NCBI GenBank assembly: GCA_049322615.1 | Contig: JBMORX010000003.1 | Coordinates: forward strand, 3,328-67,327 | DNA from: Patescibacteria group bacterium | GTDB lineage: Bacteria > Patescibacteriota > Microgenomatia > CAYGWK01 | Length of the DNA: 64,000 nt | Direction: 5' to 3' | Part shown: one piece after another, positions 9,135-18,407 of the stretch | How positions within the stretch are numbered: position 1 is the first letter of the stretch | Layout of the letters: every line of letters begins with the position of its first letter | Program-made: the position numbers and the translations under genes | The notes under the pieces: generated by a model | Told to the model about the DNA's origin: nothing | Database searches by the model: none | Seen by the model: only the letters and a program-made list of their open reading frames with translations

Positions 9135-9572
9135 ATGAAGCGGGTTGTTTTGTTCATTTTTGTTTTCATTTCCATCTTCTCGCTCTTTCACCTTCTCGCC
9201 TTAAGCGAAGCGTCCGCCAAAAAGAAAATCATCCGCCGAGGAGTGTCTTCGGTGGTTTCAGGAGGTTCCAGGCTTGTCATCAAACCCAAACTTCGGAGCG
9301 ACCGACGAGCTTTAATTGTCAATTTTTCAAATCTTGGAGTCGTTTCTTCGTTTTCTTACGAGTTAATTTACACCGCAAATAGCATCCCTCAAGGAGTCTC
9401 CGGAACAGTAACCCCAACCGGTGAACAAAGCACCCAAAGAGAACTTTTATTTGGAACCTGTTCAAAAAATGTCTGCCGATACCACCGCGGAATTTCGGGA
9501 ATGAAATTCGTCGTTACCTCAACCTTAAAATCAGGTCTCCGCGTCCGCAAAACCTTCAGGATAAAACCATAA
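9135..9572 (+). CDS. Secreted basic hypothetical protein
   Basis: Signal peptide; ELLFGTCSKNVCRYH motif. Confidence 0.75.
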   Translation: MKRVVLFIFVFISIFSLFHLLALSEASAKKKIIRRGVSSVVSGGSRLVIKPKLRSDRRALIVNFSNLGVVSSFSYELIYTANSIPQGVSGTVTPTGEQSTQRELLFGTCSKNVCRYHRGISGMKFVVTSTLKSGLRVRKTFRIKP

Positions 9573-9654
9573 ATTTGTTCTTTCCAATAGGTTATTAGTT
9601 TTCCTTCGACCTTTTTTACCTTACACTGCTTCATTTTCATCACCAAACACCCTC

Positions 9655-9688
9655 TTGACAAAATTTGGCACGTGCGGTAAATTGTCAA
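9655..9688 (+). promoter_or_regulatory. 34-bp palindromic site copy 3, doubling as sigma70 promoter of the paaX-like gene
   Basis: TTGACA-17 nt-TAAATT inside the palindrome; ATG 9691 follows 7 nt after the -10. Confidence 0.75.
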
Positions 9689-9690
9689 TA

Positions 9691-10401
9691 ATGGAGGCAA
9701 AAAAGGGAAGAAGAATTAAAGATAGACAAAGTTTGTTGCTTCGCAATAAAAAACGCCGGACAGTCCAAACCACCTTGCCCTCTCAACCTACAATTAATGA
9801 AATCACAAAAATTCTTGGAAAACAAATCGATAAGGAAATTTTCTTGAAAAAATATGCCAGAGTCGCTGATGTTCTTCTCCTAGTTGGCATGGGGGTCTTT
9901 TTAGGCGCTTCTCTTGTAATCCCCAATCTTCCAAAGGCTCTCTTGCCTCTTTTCAAACCTAATGAAAAAGAAGCCTGGAGACGGTTCAATGTTCCCTATC
10001 TTAAAAGAACATTAAAAAGGTTAGAGGATGAAAAACTTGTGGAAGTTGATGAGGAAAATGGACTTCAGGTAGTAAAAATAACGGAAGCAGGAAAAATAAA
10101 AATCTTAAAATGCGCTTTAGACAAACTAAAAATAGAAAAACCGAAAATCTGGGATAGAACTTGGTGGTTAGTAAGTTATGATATTTCCCGAGATTTTGAA
10201 CATAAAAGAGATATCTTTAGGGATTATCTTAAAACCTGGGGCTTTTATCCTCTTCAGGAAAGCGTTTTCTTGCATGCTTATCCCTGCCTTAAACAAATTG
10301 AATTTTTAAGAGAATATTTAGGAGTGGGAGACTGCGTTCGTCTCTTCAGAGTTTCCCAAATCGAAAATGATCGCCTTTTTCGAGAATTCTTCGGGGTTTA
10401 A
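9691..10401 (+). CDS. PaaX-like wHTH protein with Cas2-like C-terminal domain
   Basis: LKRLEDEKLVE..KITEAG wing; WDRTWWLVSYDI, RD.FR..L...GF..LQESV motifs. Confidence 0.85.
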   Translation: MEAKKGRRIKDRQSLLLRNKKRRTVQTTLPSQPTINEITKILGKQIDKEIFLKKYARVADVLLLVGMGVFLGASLVIPNLPKALLPLFKPNEKEAWRRFNVPYLKRTLKRLEDEKLVEVDEENGLQVVKITEAGKIKILKCALDKLKIEKPKIWDRTWWLVSYDISRDFEHKRDIFRDYLKTWGFYPLQESVFLHAYPCLKQIEFLREYLGVGDCVRLFRVSQIENDRLFREFFGV

Positions 10402-10436
10402 ATTAAAATACCTAAGTTAAAAACCTTAAATAAATT

Positions 10437-10470
10437 TGGACAAAATCCAGCACGTGCGGAATTCTGTCAA
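10437..10470. repeat. 34-bp palindromic site, copy 4
   Basis: TGGACAAAAT CCAG CACGTG CGGA ATTCTGTCAA. Confidence 0.9.
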
Positions 10471-10496
10471 AATATTATACTGGTTTCTTATAAGAA

Positions 10497-10550
10497 TCAA
10501 CCTTAAAATCAGAAGTAAAAGTCAGAAAAACTTTCAGGGTTAGAGTTTAA
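10497..10550 (+). pseudogene. Diverged duplicate of the 3' end of gene 9135..9572
   Basis: STLKSEVKVRKTFRVRV* vs STLKSGLRVRKTFRIKP* (9519-9572); first 16 nt identical; same length to the stop. Confidence 0.85.
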
Positions 10551-10639
10551 TTTTAACTTCATTTTTCTTTCTGAGCTAATAAGCTAAGTAGTGTAGGTAT
10601 GGTGTAGCTTTAATAATTATTTATTTGATTATTTAGGGG

Positions 10640-11011
10640 CTAACTTTTTTCTTGTAGGCATGTTTCGAAACAAACATTTTTATTGAGAAAGGTTTCGCAT
10701 TGCCGAGTACAGTCTGCTTTCTCGAGCGCGCCCTTGGGGTTGACTGCTGCTAATAATGCTACTGCAAAAATTCCTATCATTGCAAAAACAATTGGAATTG
10801 TTATCAAAATCTTAACCCATGTAGCCCATTTGGTCCAAACCCACATCAAAATAAATCCAACGGGAAAAAAGAAAATAAGCAAAAGAATGGTAACAATAGT
10901 CTTTGTATCTTCGGAGATGTCAGTTGGTTACACAGGAACTTGTTTCATTGGAGCTGTTTGTAGCGGAGAAGTTTGGACTGGAATATTGGGCAGTTGAGGT
11001 GAATTTTCCAT
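10640..11011 (-). pseudogene. Small membrane protein with in-frame premature TAA at 10928-10930
   Basis: ATG 11011 MENSPQ...KQVPV* continues in the same frame PTDISEDTKTIVTILLLIFFFPVG. Confidence 0.6.
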
Positions 11012-11064
11012 CTATTTATAGAGTAAAGAAAACAAGAAACTCTTGTCAAGAGGGATTTGCTGAA

Positions 11065-12475
11065 TTAATCATTTTTATTCCTTGCTAACAAATAAACTTC
11101 TCCTTGTTGTTTCAGCAGCCGATACTCACCTGAATTTTGTAAATAAGAAAAATAGCTAAGGAGCAAGTCGCGTGACCCATCCGGATATAAATTATTACTA
11201 TCACCCAAAGGATCCAAATCAGCAACCAGATAATCCGGCTTTAGTTTAAAACAGCGCTTCATGTCCACCTTCCAAACAGTCGGATCGTCATGACAATTGG
11301 TCAAAAAGATTATTTTCTCCCGATGAGTCAGCTGTGGTCCTAAATTATTAGTGGCTGCCACGCTGGCACTCGCTGGAATCAAAGCTAAAATTGCCCGACT
11401 ATCTTTGGTTTTAGTTAAATCGTAAGAACCTCTCTTAGGCAAATCATTTAGAGCCGGGTTGGTCAATATCTGAACCAAAAGCACTCCAACCAAAAGTAAA
11501 CCAGTGGCTAATTTTTTTCTCAGCAAAAATTTTTTTTGAATTGCTTCTATCGCCCCAAAAGCCAAAATCGGAGCCAAAATTGAATTATACTGGAAAGCCA
11601 AACTCCAGCGAGTACCAATTGGTGTTCCAACAAACCGTTGGAAAAATTCCTCAAATAGAATAACAAAAATCCCAGGGGATAAAACTGGCAGAAAACCAAA
11701 AGCCAAAAAGGAAACAATCATCACCCAAACTTTAGTGTAAGGATAAAAAAAACATCTTTATGGCTTCCCCTAAAGTCAGATCCTTTAAATGGCTTGGCAA
11801 ATAGGTAAAGGGCATTTTGCCAAAATAGGGAATGACGACAAATACGACCAATAAAAATAAAATTGCCGAGCCGAGAGAAATTAAAAGTCCCCGTTTAAAA
11901 TCGCGGTAGTGTATCATTAAAAAGGCTCCGAAAGCTACCGTCAAAAGAAATAAGTTCTCCTGAAGTCCCAAAAACAAGACCAAAACCAACCAAAATAGCC
12001 TATATTTTTTCTCTTCGTACAACCAAAACAACCACGCCAGCAAAGTGGTTGCCAGAACGATCGGATGGAAATCGAAAGCAACCGCATTTTGAATACCAAA
12101 AAAGGAAAGATAAGCAAAAGCAACCACTAAAGACAAGCAAATATCCCTCGTTTTTCTGAAGGCAAGAGAATAAATCGGATAAGCCCCTAAAGCAACAAAA
12201 AAAGCCTGAAACAAAAGTAACATAATCACATTATCCCAAACCCAATATAAGGGGGCTAATAAAAGCAGGGTTGGGGTAAAATGGTCACCCCAAGGATGGG
12301 CTTCTAAAATCGAGGAAAAAAGTGACTTACCGCGAGAGGCTAACCAAACGACCTGGTCATAAACACCCAAATCAAAAATAAAAGATCCAAAACGTAAATG
12401 ACGAACCACTGAATAAAGGCTGTAAACCAACCCAAAAACGATAATTAAAAACCAAATTCCATATTTTTTTACCAT
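11065..12475 (-). pseudogene. DUF2079-type polytopic membrane protein (GT-C-like), frameshifted at a T8 tract
   Basis: FDLGVYDQ, GDHFTP, FDFHP motifs in 11732..12475; removing one T at 11745-11752 fuses it to 11065..11724. Confidence 0.75.
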
Positions 12476-12663
12476 ATATTGATATAACCCGAGAGTAAAG
12501 CCAAACCACCAATAAGTTCGCCCTGTTTACCCTGAGCGGTTCGGCTGAGCTCACCGTCGAATCCTTGCCGAAGGGCTTTTACCTCCGCCAAAAAATCCCC
12601 ATGCATGTCGTTGGGATGAAGAATGGTAAATTTTTTGTTTTCATCTCTTTTATTTTTTGGTAT
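12469..12663 (-). pseudogene. N-terminal stub of a 5'-nucleotidase/metallophosphoesterase, interrupted by REP-like hairpins
   Basis: KFTILHPNDMHGDFLAE...GGLALLSGYIN matches the motif-I region of calcineurin-like 5'-nucleotidases; the rest is absent. Confidence 0.65.
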
Positions 12664-12724
12664 TTTATGGATAATTTTAGAATATCTTAGAAGAAATTGG
12701 AAGATATTGGAAATGTATCCCATT

Positions 12725-12758
12725 TGGACAAAATTGGGCAATGGCGCAATTTTGTCAA
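12725..12758. repeat. 34-bp palindromic site, degenerate copy 5
   Basis: TGGACAAAAT TGGG CAATGG CGCA ATTTTGTCAA. Confidence 0.8.
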
Positions 12759-12913
12759 TTTTCTGGGAGAAAGATTTATAGCCCGACCTATTTTTTCATC
12801 ACTACATAGCGATGAAAATTTTCCGGTCCTCCAATCTTAGATCGGAATAGGTTCTCGCACTATCTTTTAGGTGTCCTATCTAGTTCACCTCTAAGGTGGA
12901 TTACGTTAGCACC

Positions 12914-13507
12914 TCAGATATTCAGCCTTAGATGTATGTCGCAGTGGAACGTGCCGTATCTTTCAAACTCGGCAATCTTTTCAAAACCAAGTTTTTCGTA
13001 AAAATGTATCGCCCTTTTATTAGAAACCTGTGTTTCCTGCCACAAGGTAATTTGTCGCAGTCCCAAAGACTTTGCCAGCTCTATTGTTTTTAACAGCATC
13101 ATAGTTCCTACCCCTTTATTTTGGTATCTATCAGCAATAACCGGAGCAATACAAACATCTCGACCTGGGACCAAATGAATTCCATAACCCTTAAAGCGCT
13201 CTACTTGGCTATCACGAAGTTGGAAAGATAAGATGTTATAGCCAATTATTTCTTCTTTAGAATTTAGCAACACCAAACGAAGCATTTCCTTATAATCAAG
13301 ATTTTCGCAAATGTTTTTTGCCTCTCCAAAAGTTAGAGGATGAGGACCATATCTTCTTCTTGTTTCCTTTGATAAACTATCTAGAAAAATTCCAAAAGAG
13401 GTAGAGTCATCTTTAAGTAATGGGCGAAAAATGATTTTTTCTCCGTCTTTTAAAACAAATCTACTTTCTATCAAATGAGGGTTATTAATTATTGCTTGCA
13501 AAGTCAT
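12914..13507 (-). CDS. GNAT family N-acetyltransferase
   Basis: YQNKGVGT acetyl-CoA motif; N.RAIHFYEKLGF. Confidence 0.9.
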   Translation of the reverse strand: MTLQAIINNPHLIESRFVLKDGEKIIFRPLLKDDSTSFGIFLDSLSKETRRRYGPHPLTFGEAKNICENLDYKEMLRLVLLNSKEEIIGYNILSFQLRDSQVERFKGYGIHLVPGRDVCIAPVIADRYQNKGVGTMMLLKTIELAKSLGLRQITLWQETQVSNKRAIHFYEKLGFEKIAEFERYGTFHCDIHLRLNI

Positions 13508-13513
13508 TTATTT

Positions 13514-13745
13514 TCAAAAGTAAAAATATTCTTCTTTTTTTCTTTATCTATGGAGCTGGAGTATTTTCCCTTTGTGTAATCGTTAATTACCTTTTCCCAA
13601 AATAATCTTCATATTCACTGATTTCGTCGTTAGTAAATTCACTAAAATCATAGGCATAAAGTTGTAACAAATTCTCAAGCAGTCTCCTCTTATCGTCCGG
13701 AGCTGGCTCTAGAGATATTTTAAATCCTTTATTTGAAGATTCCAT
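13514..13745 (-). pseudogene. Internally deleted GNAT acetyltransferase
   Basis: N-terminal LLENLLQLYAYDFSEF joined out of frame to C-terminal FWEKVINDYTKG; central motif A missing. Confidence 0.55.
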
Positions 13746-13769
13746 TTTATTTATATTAAAAAATTCTCA

Positions 13770-14543
13770 CTAATCAGGCTGCACCCGAAGAGTGTTTTGT
13801 GCCCCCACCTTCGCCATTCCACCTCCGAGGTGTAAAGCTGTAATTTCTTTTATCCCAATTTTAATATACTCATCAAAATTTTTTCTTTTTAAAAATGGTT
13901 CCTTTAGCTTTAATTGTAAATCAACCAACTCCGGATAATTATGGTCGGTATAGTAACCGCTAGTATCCCACGGCCAGAATTTTTGCAGTTTCGGTTCTAA
14001 ACCAGTCAGGGCCCAAGCGGCAATTTCTGCCAAAGCCCAAATCTGTCTATCTTTTAAACCACTACCAGAATAATAATTTCTATAAATTGAAAAATAATGC
14101 GCCAAAAGAATCTCGTGAGCGGTAATTCTTCTCTGGGTAAAAGGATTTTCTTTCCAGGTCCTCCCAATGACATTTCCATTCCAATTGCTAACTCCTTTAC
14201 AAAAATGAGTTACTACGCAAACATATTCGTCGTAAAACCAAGGTTTTGTCAACTCCGCAACAGTCTTTGAAAAATCATCAATTATCTCATCCCAAGATTC
14301 TTGATAAAGCCTTCTTAATTTCTCAATGTATGGTAAGCATCTCTCATAGGCTTGATTGACAACCTTGCCAAACTTTCCCTTTGCCAACTTTATTTCTTTT
14401 TTTGAACGAGCATCGTGTATTTTGGACGCCAATTCCTTGCTTATACCTGAACCGTTTAACCGACTCTCCCAATGCTCGCCCTGGAGGAGAGAAAAGAAAA
14501 CCCGAGAATCATAATCTTTGTTAACAACAAAGCGAATTTTCAT
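13770..14543 (-). CDS. Hypothetical protein (possible HExxH-like metalloprotein)
   Basis: 257-aa ORF with AHEILLAH..E segment. Confidence 0.7.
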   Translation of the reverse strand: MKIRFVVNKDYDSRVFFSLLQGEHWESRLNGSGISKELASKIHDARSKKEIKLAKGKFGKVVNQAYERCLPYIEKLRRLYQESWDEIIDDFSKTVAELTKPWFYDEYVCVVTHFCKGVSNWNGNVIGRTWKENPFTQRRITAHEILLAHYFSIYRNYYSGSGLKDRQIWALAEIAAWALTGLEPKLQKFWPWDTSGYYTDHNYPELVDLQLKLKEPFLKRKNFDEYIKIGIKEITALHLGGGMAKVGAQNTLRVQPD

Positions 14544-14754
14544 ATATTTGGCGACTTTTCTCTAATTTTATCTCTTAGCATTCATCCTGTGCCTACACCC
14601 CAGGGGTGTTTTACGCTTGCACCTGCGGATAGTGACATTTTTTCTACTTTTTACCAGAACCATCCTCCTGTCCTTACCTTTCGCCTTTTCATCCCGATTT
14701 AATCGGGGATGGCTCAAAGAGCAGACATAGGAGGACCTCGCTTCCGCTTTCTGA

Positions 14755-17442
14755 TTACCCATATTTGGGATAACAACAATGCTTATACTTTTTCGGCGTG
14801 CCATCTGGTTTAGTCGCTCCGCACGGGCATGGGTCATTCCGGCCGAGTTTTGCCTTCTTGACAGGAGTTACCCCTGTCAAGCCTGTCATGTCCGAGGTAT
14901 CAATATTTGTTTGAATATTCTGAGGTCCTTCGACACGCTCAGGATGAACTGGTCTCTGGGCGACCTGGATTCTAAAAATTCTTCTAACCACCTCATAATC
15001 AATTTGTTTAACTAATCTTTCAAACATCGAGAAAGCCTCATTTTTATATTCAACCAGAGGATCTCTCTGCCCATAACCTCGAAGGCCAATTCCCTCTCGC
15101 AGGTCATCTAAGGCATCCAGGTGGTCCATCCATAAATGGTCGATTGAGGAAAGATAGGCAAATTTTTCAATTTCCCGGGAAAGTTCCGGACCGACTTGTT
15201 TTTCTCTTGATTCGTACAAATCAGTTACCAGTTTAAATAAAAATTCATTTATTTTCTCTGGCAATTTTAAATTTTCAATTTGCAATTTTAAATTCGTTTG
15301 CGATTTATCATCAAACGGGACAATCTCACAAAATCCCCTAATAATATTTTCATACTCGGGCTCGGTGTAACCTTCTGGCGAATACATCGAAACTAAATTT
15401 TCAATATCATTTTTTATTTTCGTTATAATCTCCTCTTTCATATTTTCTCCAGATAAAACTTTCTTCCTTAGGGTATAAATTATTTCTCTTTGTTTATTAG
15501 CCACATCATCGTATTCAACCAGGTGTTTTCGGGCATCAAAATTAAATCCCTCAACTTTTACTTGGGCTTGCTCAATGGCTTTGGAGACCATCCCGTGCTC
15601 TAAAGGTTGGTCTTCGGGAAGTTTGAAGGCAGTCATAAGCTTGGAAACTTGCTCACCCCCAAAAATTCTCATTAGATCATCATCTAAAGCGACAAAAAAT
15701 CTTGAAGAACCAGGGTCTCCTTGGCGACCAGACCGTCCTCGTAACTGATTATCAATTCTGCGCGCCTCATGTCTTTCGGTACCGATAACATGGAGTCCGC
15801 CAAGTCTGACTACCTCATCATGTTCTTTCTGCCACTTCTTCTCCTCTTCTTCCCACTTCCCACTTCCCACTTCCCACTTCCCAAGTCTTTTTCCTCCTAA
15901 AACTATATCCACCCCTCTACCTGCCATATTTGTCGCCACCGTTACCGCTTTTTTCTTTCCCGCTTGACTGATAATTAATGCCTCTTTTTCATGATGTTTG
16001 GCGTTTAAAACCTGATGGGGAATTCCCTTATGAGATAAAAAATCAGAAACTATTTCATTTTTCTCAATTGAGGTTGTTCCTACTAAAACCGGCTGACCTC
16101 GCTTGTAACAATCTTCTATCTCCGATACCGTCGCCGCATATTTTGCCCGAGCAGTTTTATAGACAACATCAGGATTATCAATTCTAATCATCGGTTTATT
16201 GGTCGGAATAACCAAAACATCAAGATTATAGATTTTATGAAATTCCTCAGCTTCGGTGGCGGCTGTTCCCGTCATTCCCGCCAAAACTTCATACATCCGA
16301 AAGTAATTTTGAAAAGAAATTGTCGCCAAAGTTCGCGACTCCTGCTGAATCGCAACCCCCTCTTTTGCCTCAACTGCCTGATGTAACCCTTCTGACCAAC
16401 GCCTGCCAAACATTAATCTTCCGGTAAATTCATCAACAATCACAATTTCTCCATCGCGAACGACGTAATCTTTATCCCGATGAAATAAAGTCCTTGCTCG
16501 CAAAGCATTCTCGATGTGATGAATCGATTCAAAATCTTTCTCGTATAAATTATCTATCCCAAGCATTTTTTCAACCTTTTTAATTCCGTGGTCAGTTAAA
16601 TTAGCAGTTTTTAATTTTTCATCAACAGTGTAATCAGTATCGCCAGACAGCCGACTCACCAGCTGAGCAAAATCATAATATTTTTTCGTAGGTTCGGTGT
16701 CTGGAGCAGAGATAATTAAAGGAGTCCGCGCCTCATCAATTAAAATTGAATCAACCTCATCAACAATGGCAAAATAGTGTTCCCGCTGAACCATGTCTTT
16801 TAAAGAAGAAACCATATTGTCCCGAAGATAATCAAAACCAAATTCGTTATTTGTTCCGTAGGTAATATCTGCCTTGTAGGCTTCTTGGCGGCTACAAGGT
16901 TTAAGATGAGAAAGTCGCCAGTCGGTGGCGTTTTTGTCAGTAAAATTTGGGTCAAATAAAAACGCTTGCTCGTGGACAATACAGCCAACGGAGACTCCCA
17001 GTAAATTAAAAATTGGTCCATTCCAACCAGTATCCCGACGAGCCAAATAATCATTAACAGTGACAAGGTGGGCTCCTTTTTGCGCCAAAGCCCGAAGATA
17101 TAAAGCGGGAACCGCGGATAAAGTTTTTCCTTCTCCGGTTTTTTGCTCAGCAATTTTTCCGGAAAAAAGAGTCATCCCCGCCATAAGCTGAACGTCAAAA
17201 AGCCGAAGTCCTATGGCTCGCCGTCCTGCTTCCCGAACCAGGGCAAAGGCTTCAGGAAGGATATTTTCGAAAGTTTCTCCAGAAGAAATTCTTTCTTTAA
17301 AATTGGCTGTTTTAGCAGCAAAATCTTTATCTTTTAATTTTTTTGTCTCTTCCTCAAGAGAATTTATTTTTTCAACTAAAGGTTTTGCTCTTGAGAGTTC
17401 TTTTTCATTTGAATCAAAAATTTTAGAGAAAATCTTAAGCAT
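14755..17442 (-). CDS. secA: Preprotein translocase subunit SecA
   Basis: KTGEGKT, DEVDSILIDEARTPLIISA, QLRGRSGRQGDPG, SEC-C CPCG..KYKHCC. Confidence 0.99.
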   Translation of the reverse strand: MLKIFSKIFDSNEKELSRAKPLVEKINSLEEETKKLKDKDFAAKTANFKERISSGETFENILPEAFALVREAGRRAIGLRLFDVQLMAGMTLFSGKIAEQKTGEGKTLSAVPALYLRALAQKGAHLVTVNDYLARRDTGWNGPIFNLLGVSVGCIVHEQAFLFDPNFTDKNATDWRLSHLKPCSRQEAYKADITYGTNNEFGFDYLRDNMVSSLKDMVQREHYFAIVDEVDSILIDEARTPLIISAPDTEPTKKYYDFAQLVSRLSGDTDYTVDEKLKTANLTDHGIKKVEKMLGIDNLYEKDFESIHHIENALRARTLFHRDKDYVVRDGEIVIVDEFTGRLMFGRRWSEGLHQAVEAKEGVAIQQESRTLATISFQNYFRMYEVLAGMTGTAATEAEEFHKIYNLDVLVIPTNKPMIRIDNPDVVYKTARAKYAATVSEIEDCYKRGQPVLVGTTSIEKNEIVSDFLSHKGIPHQVLNAKHHEKEALIISQAGKKKAVTVATNMAGRGVDIVLGGKRLGKWEVGSGKWEEEEKKWQKEHDEVVRLGGLHVIGTERHEARRIDNQLRGRSGRQGDPGSSRFFVALDDDLMRIFGGEQVSKLMTAFKLPEDQPLEHGMVSKAIEQAQVKVEGFNFDARKHLVEYDDVANKQREIIYTLRKKVLSGENMKEEIITKIKNDIENLVSMYSPEGYTEPEYENIIRGFCEIVPFDDKSQTNLKLQIENLKLPEKINEFLFKLVTDLYESREKQVGPELSREIEKFAYLSSIDHLWMDHLDALDDLREGIGLRGYGQRDPLVEYKNEAFSMFERLVKQIDYEVVRRIFRIQVAQRPVHPERVEGPQNIQTNIDTSDMTGLTGVTPVKKAKLGRNDPCPCGATKPDGTPKKYKHCCYPKYG

Positions 17443-17489
17443 GCCTTTAAATTTATCGCGTTTAACGCGATTATACCTCTTTAGCCACT

Positions 17490-17520
17490 AAAAAACCAGC
17501 GCTTTGAGGCTGATTTTTTA
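17490..17520. terminator. Intrinsic terminator after the micropeptide ORF
   Basis: CAGC/GCTG stem flanked by A- and T-tracts on both sides. Confidence 0.6.
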
Positions 17521-17542
17521 GGTTTGAAGATCTTCAATCTGC

Positions 17543-17575
17543 TTATCTTCTCTTCTTTCTTCTTTTGCGTGCCAT
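17543..17575 (-). CDS. 10-aa Arg/Lys micropeptide MARKRRKKRR
   Basis: Strong SD GAAAGGAAGGTGA 7 nt before ATG; upstream TTGACA; downstream terminator. Confidence 0.6.
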   Translation of the reverse strand: MARKRRKKRR

Positions 17576-17656
17576 GGACAGCTCACCTTCCTTTCATTTT
17601 CAATCATGAAATAATAATTTTGGTTTTGTCAAGAAAAATAACTTGCCTTAAAAATG

Positions 17657-18370
17657 CTATTTTGTATCAATATTTTGGCACAAAAACAATTTATTTGTTT
17701 CCACAATTTTAGCCTCAATTTTTGAGAAATATTTTTTTAATTTTTCCAAAAATTTATCGGTTTTTTCTTTTTTTTCTGAATAATATAATCGGTTAAAAAT
17801 TACTATTCCATCTGGAACGAGAATTTTTTTAATATTCTGAAGAAATTCATTATTCTCGGTTTCAGGCAAAACCTGGTCTCCTTTGTACAAATCCACAAGA
17901 ATCAATTGAAATCGTCTGCTACCATGACCTGCCTCGCCGCAAGGCGGGTATAAATCATTAGAGCAACTTCTTAACCAATTGATTGCGTCTTCATTAAGAA
18001 TTCTTAAATTCTTCGCTTCGCCAAGTCCGAAATATCTTTTCCCAAGTCTTATTATCTCCGGATCAATCTCGATCCCTAAAATCTTCGCCCTTCGCCCTTC
18101 GCCCTTCGCCAAAACCTTTGCCGCATTTCCTGCTCCTAATCCCAGAATTAAACAATTCCTAATTACTAATTTCCAATTACTAATTACTTTTATTGCCGCT
18201 TCCCAAATCTTCTCAACCGCTTCTCCTGATTGCGTCAGTCCCCCAACCACCAATCTTCTCTTGCCAAAAATATCCTCCAAAACCTGAATTTTCCCATTAA
18301 TGACCGACTCGGTTTCCTCCAAAACCACATATCCGCGAAAAAATTTTTGAAGAACTTTTTTTACTTCCAT
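17657..18370 (-). CDS. Spermidine synthase-like SAM-dependent methyltransferase
   Basis: LILGLGAG, GIEIDPEII, EDA, ILVDLY motifs. Confidence 0.85.
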   Translation of the reverse strand: MEVKKVLQKFFRGYVVLEETESVINGKIQVLEDIFGKRRLVVGGLTQSGEAVEKIWEAAIKVISNWKLVIRNCLILGLGAGNAAKVLAKGEGRRAKILGIEIDPEIIRLGKRYFGLGEAKNLRILNEDAINWLRSCSNDLYPPCGEAGHGSRRFQLILVDLYKGDQVLPETENNEFLQNIKKILVPDGIVIFNRLYYSEKKEKTDKFLEKLKKYFSKIEAKIVETNKLFLCQNIDTK

Positions 18371-18407
18371 TTCTCTATTTGCTATTTACAATTTACTATT
18401 TACTATT

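Noticed and set aside
9655-10470. CRISPR-Cas locus suggested by the Cas2-like domain and ~34-bp repeats
   Set aside because: The repeats are dispersed around whole genes, not separated by 30-40-nt spacers; no cas1 or effector genes
10928-10930. Stop-codon reassignment (alternative genetic code)
   Set aside because: TAA, TAG and TGA all terminate conserved genes normally, and RF2 is present
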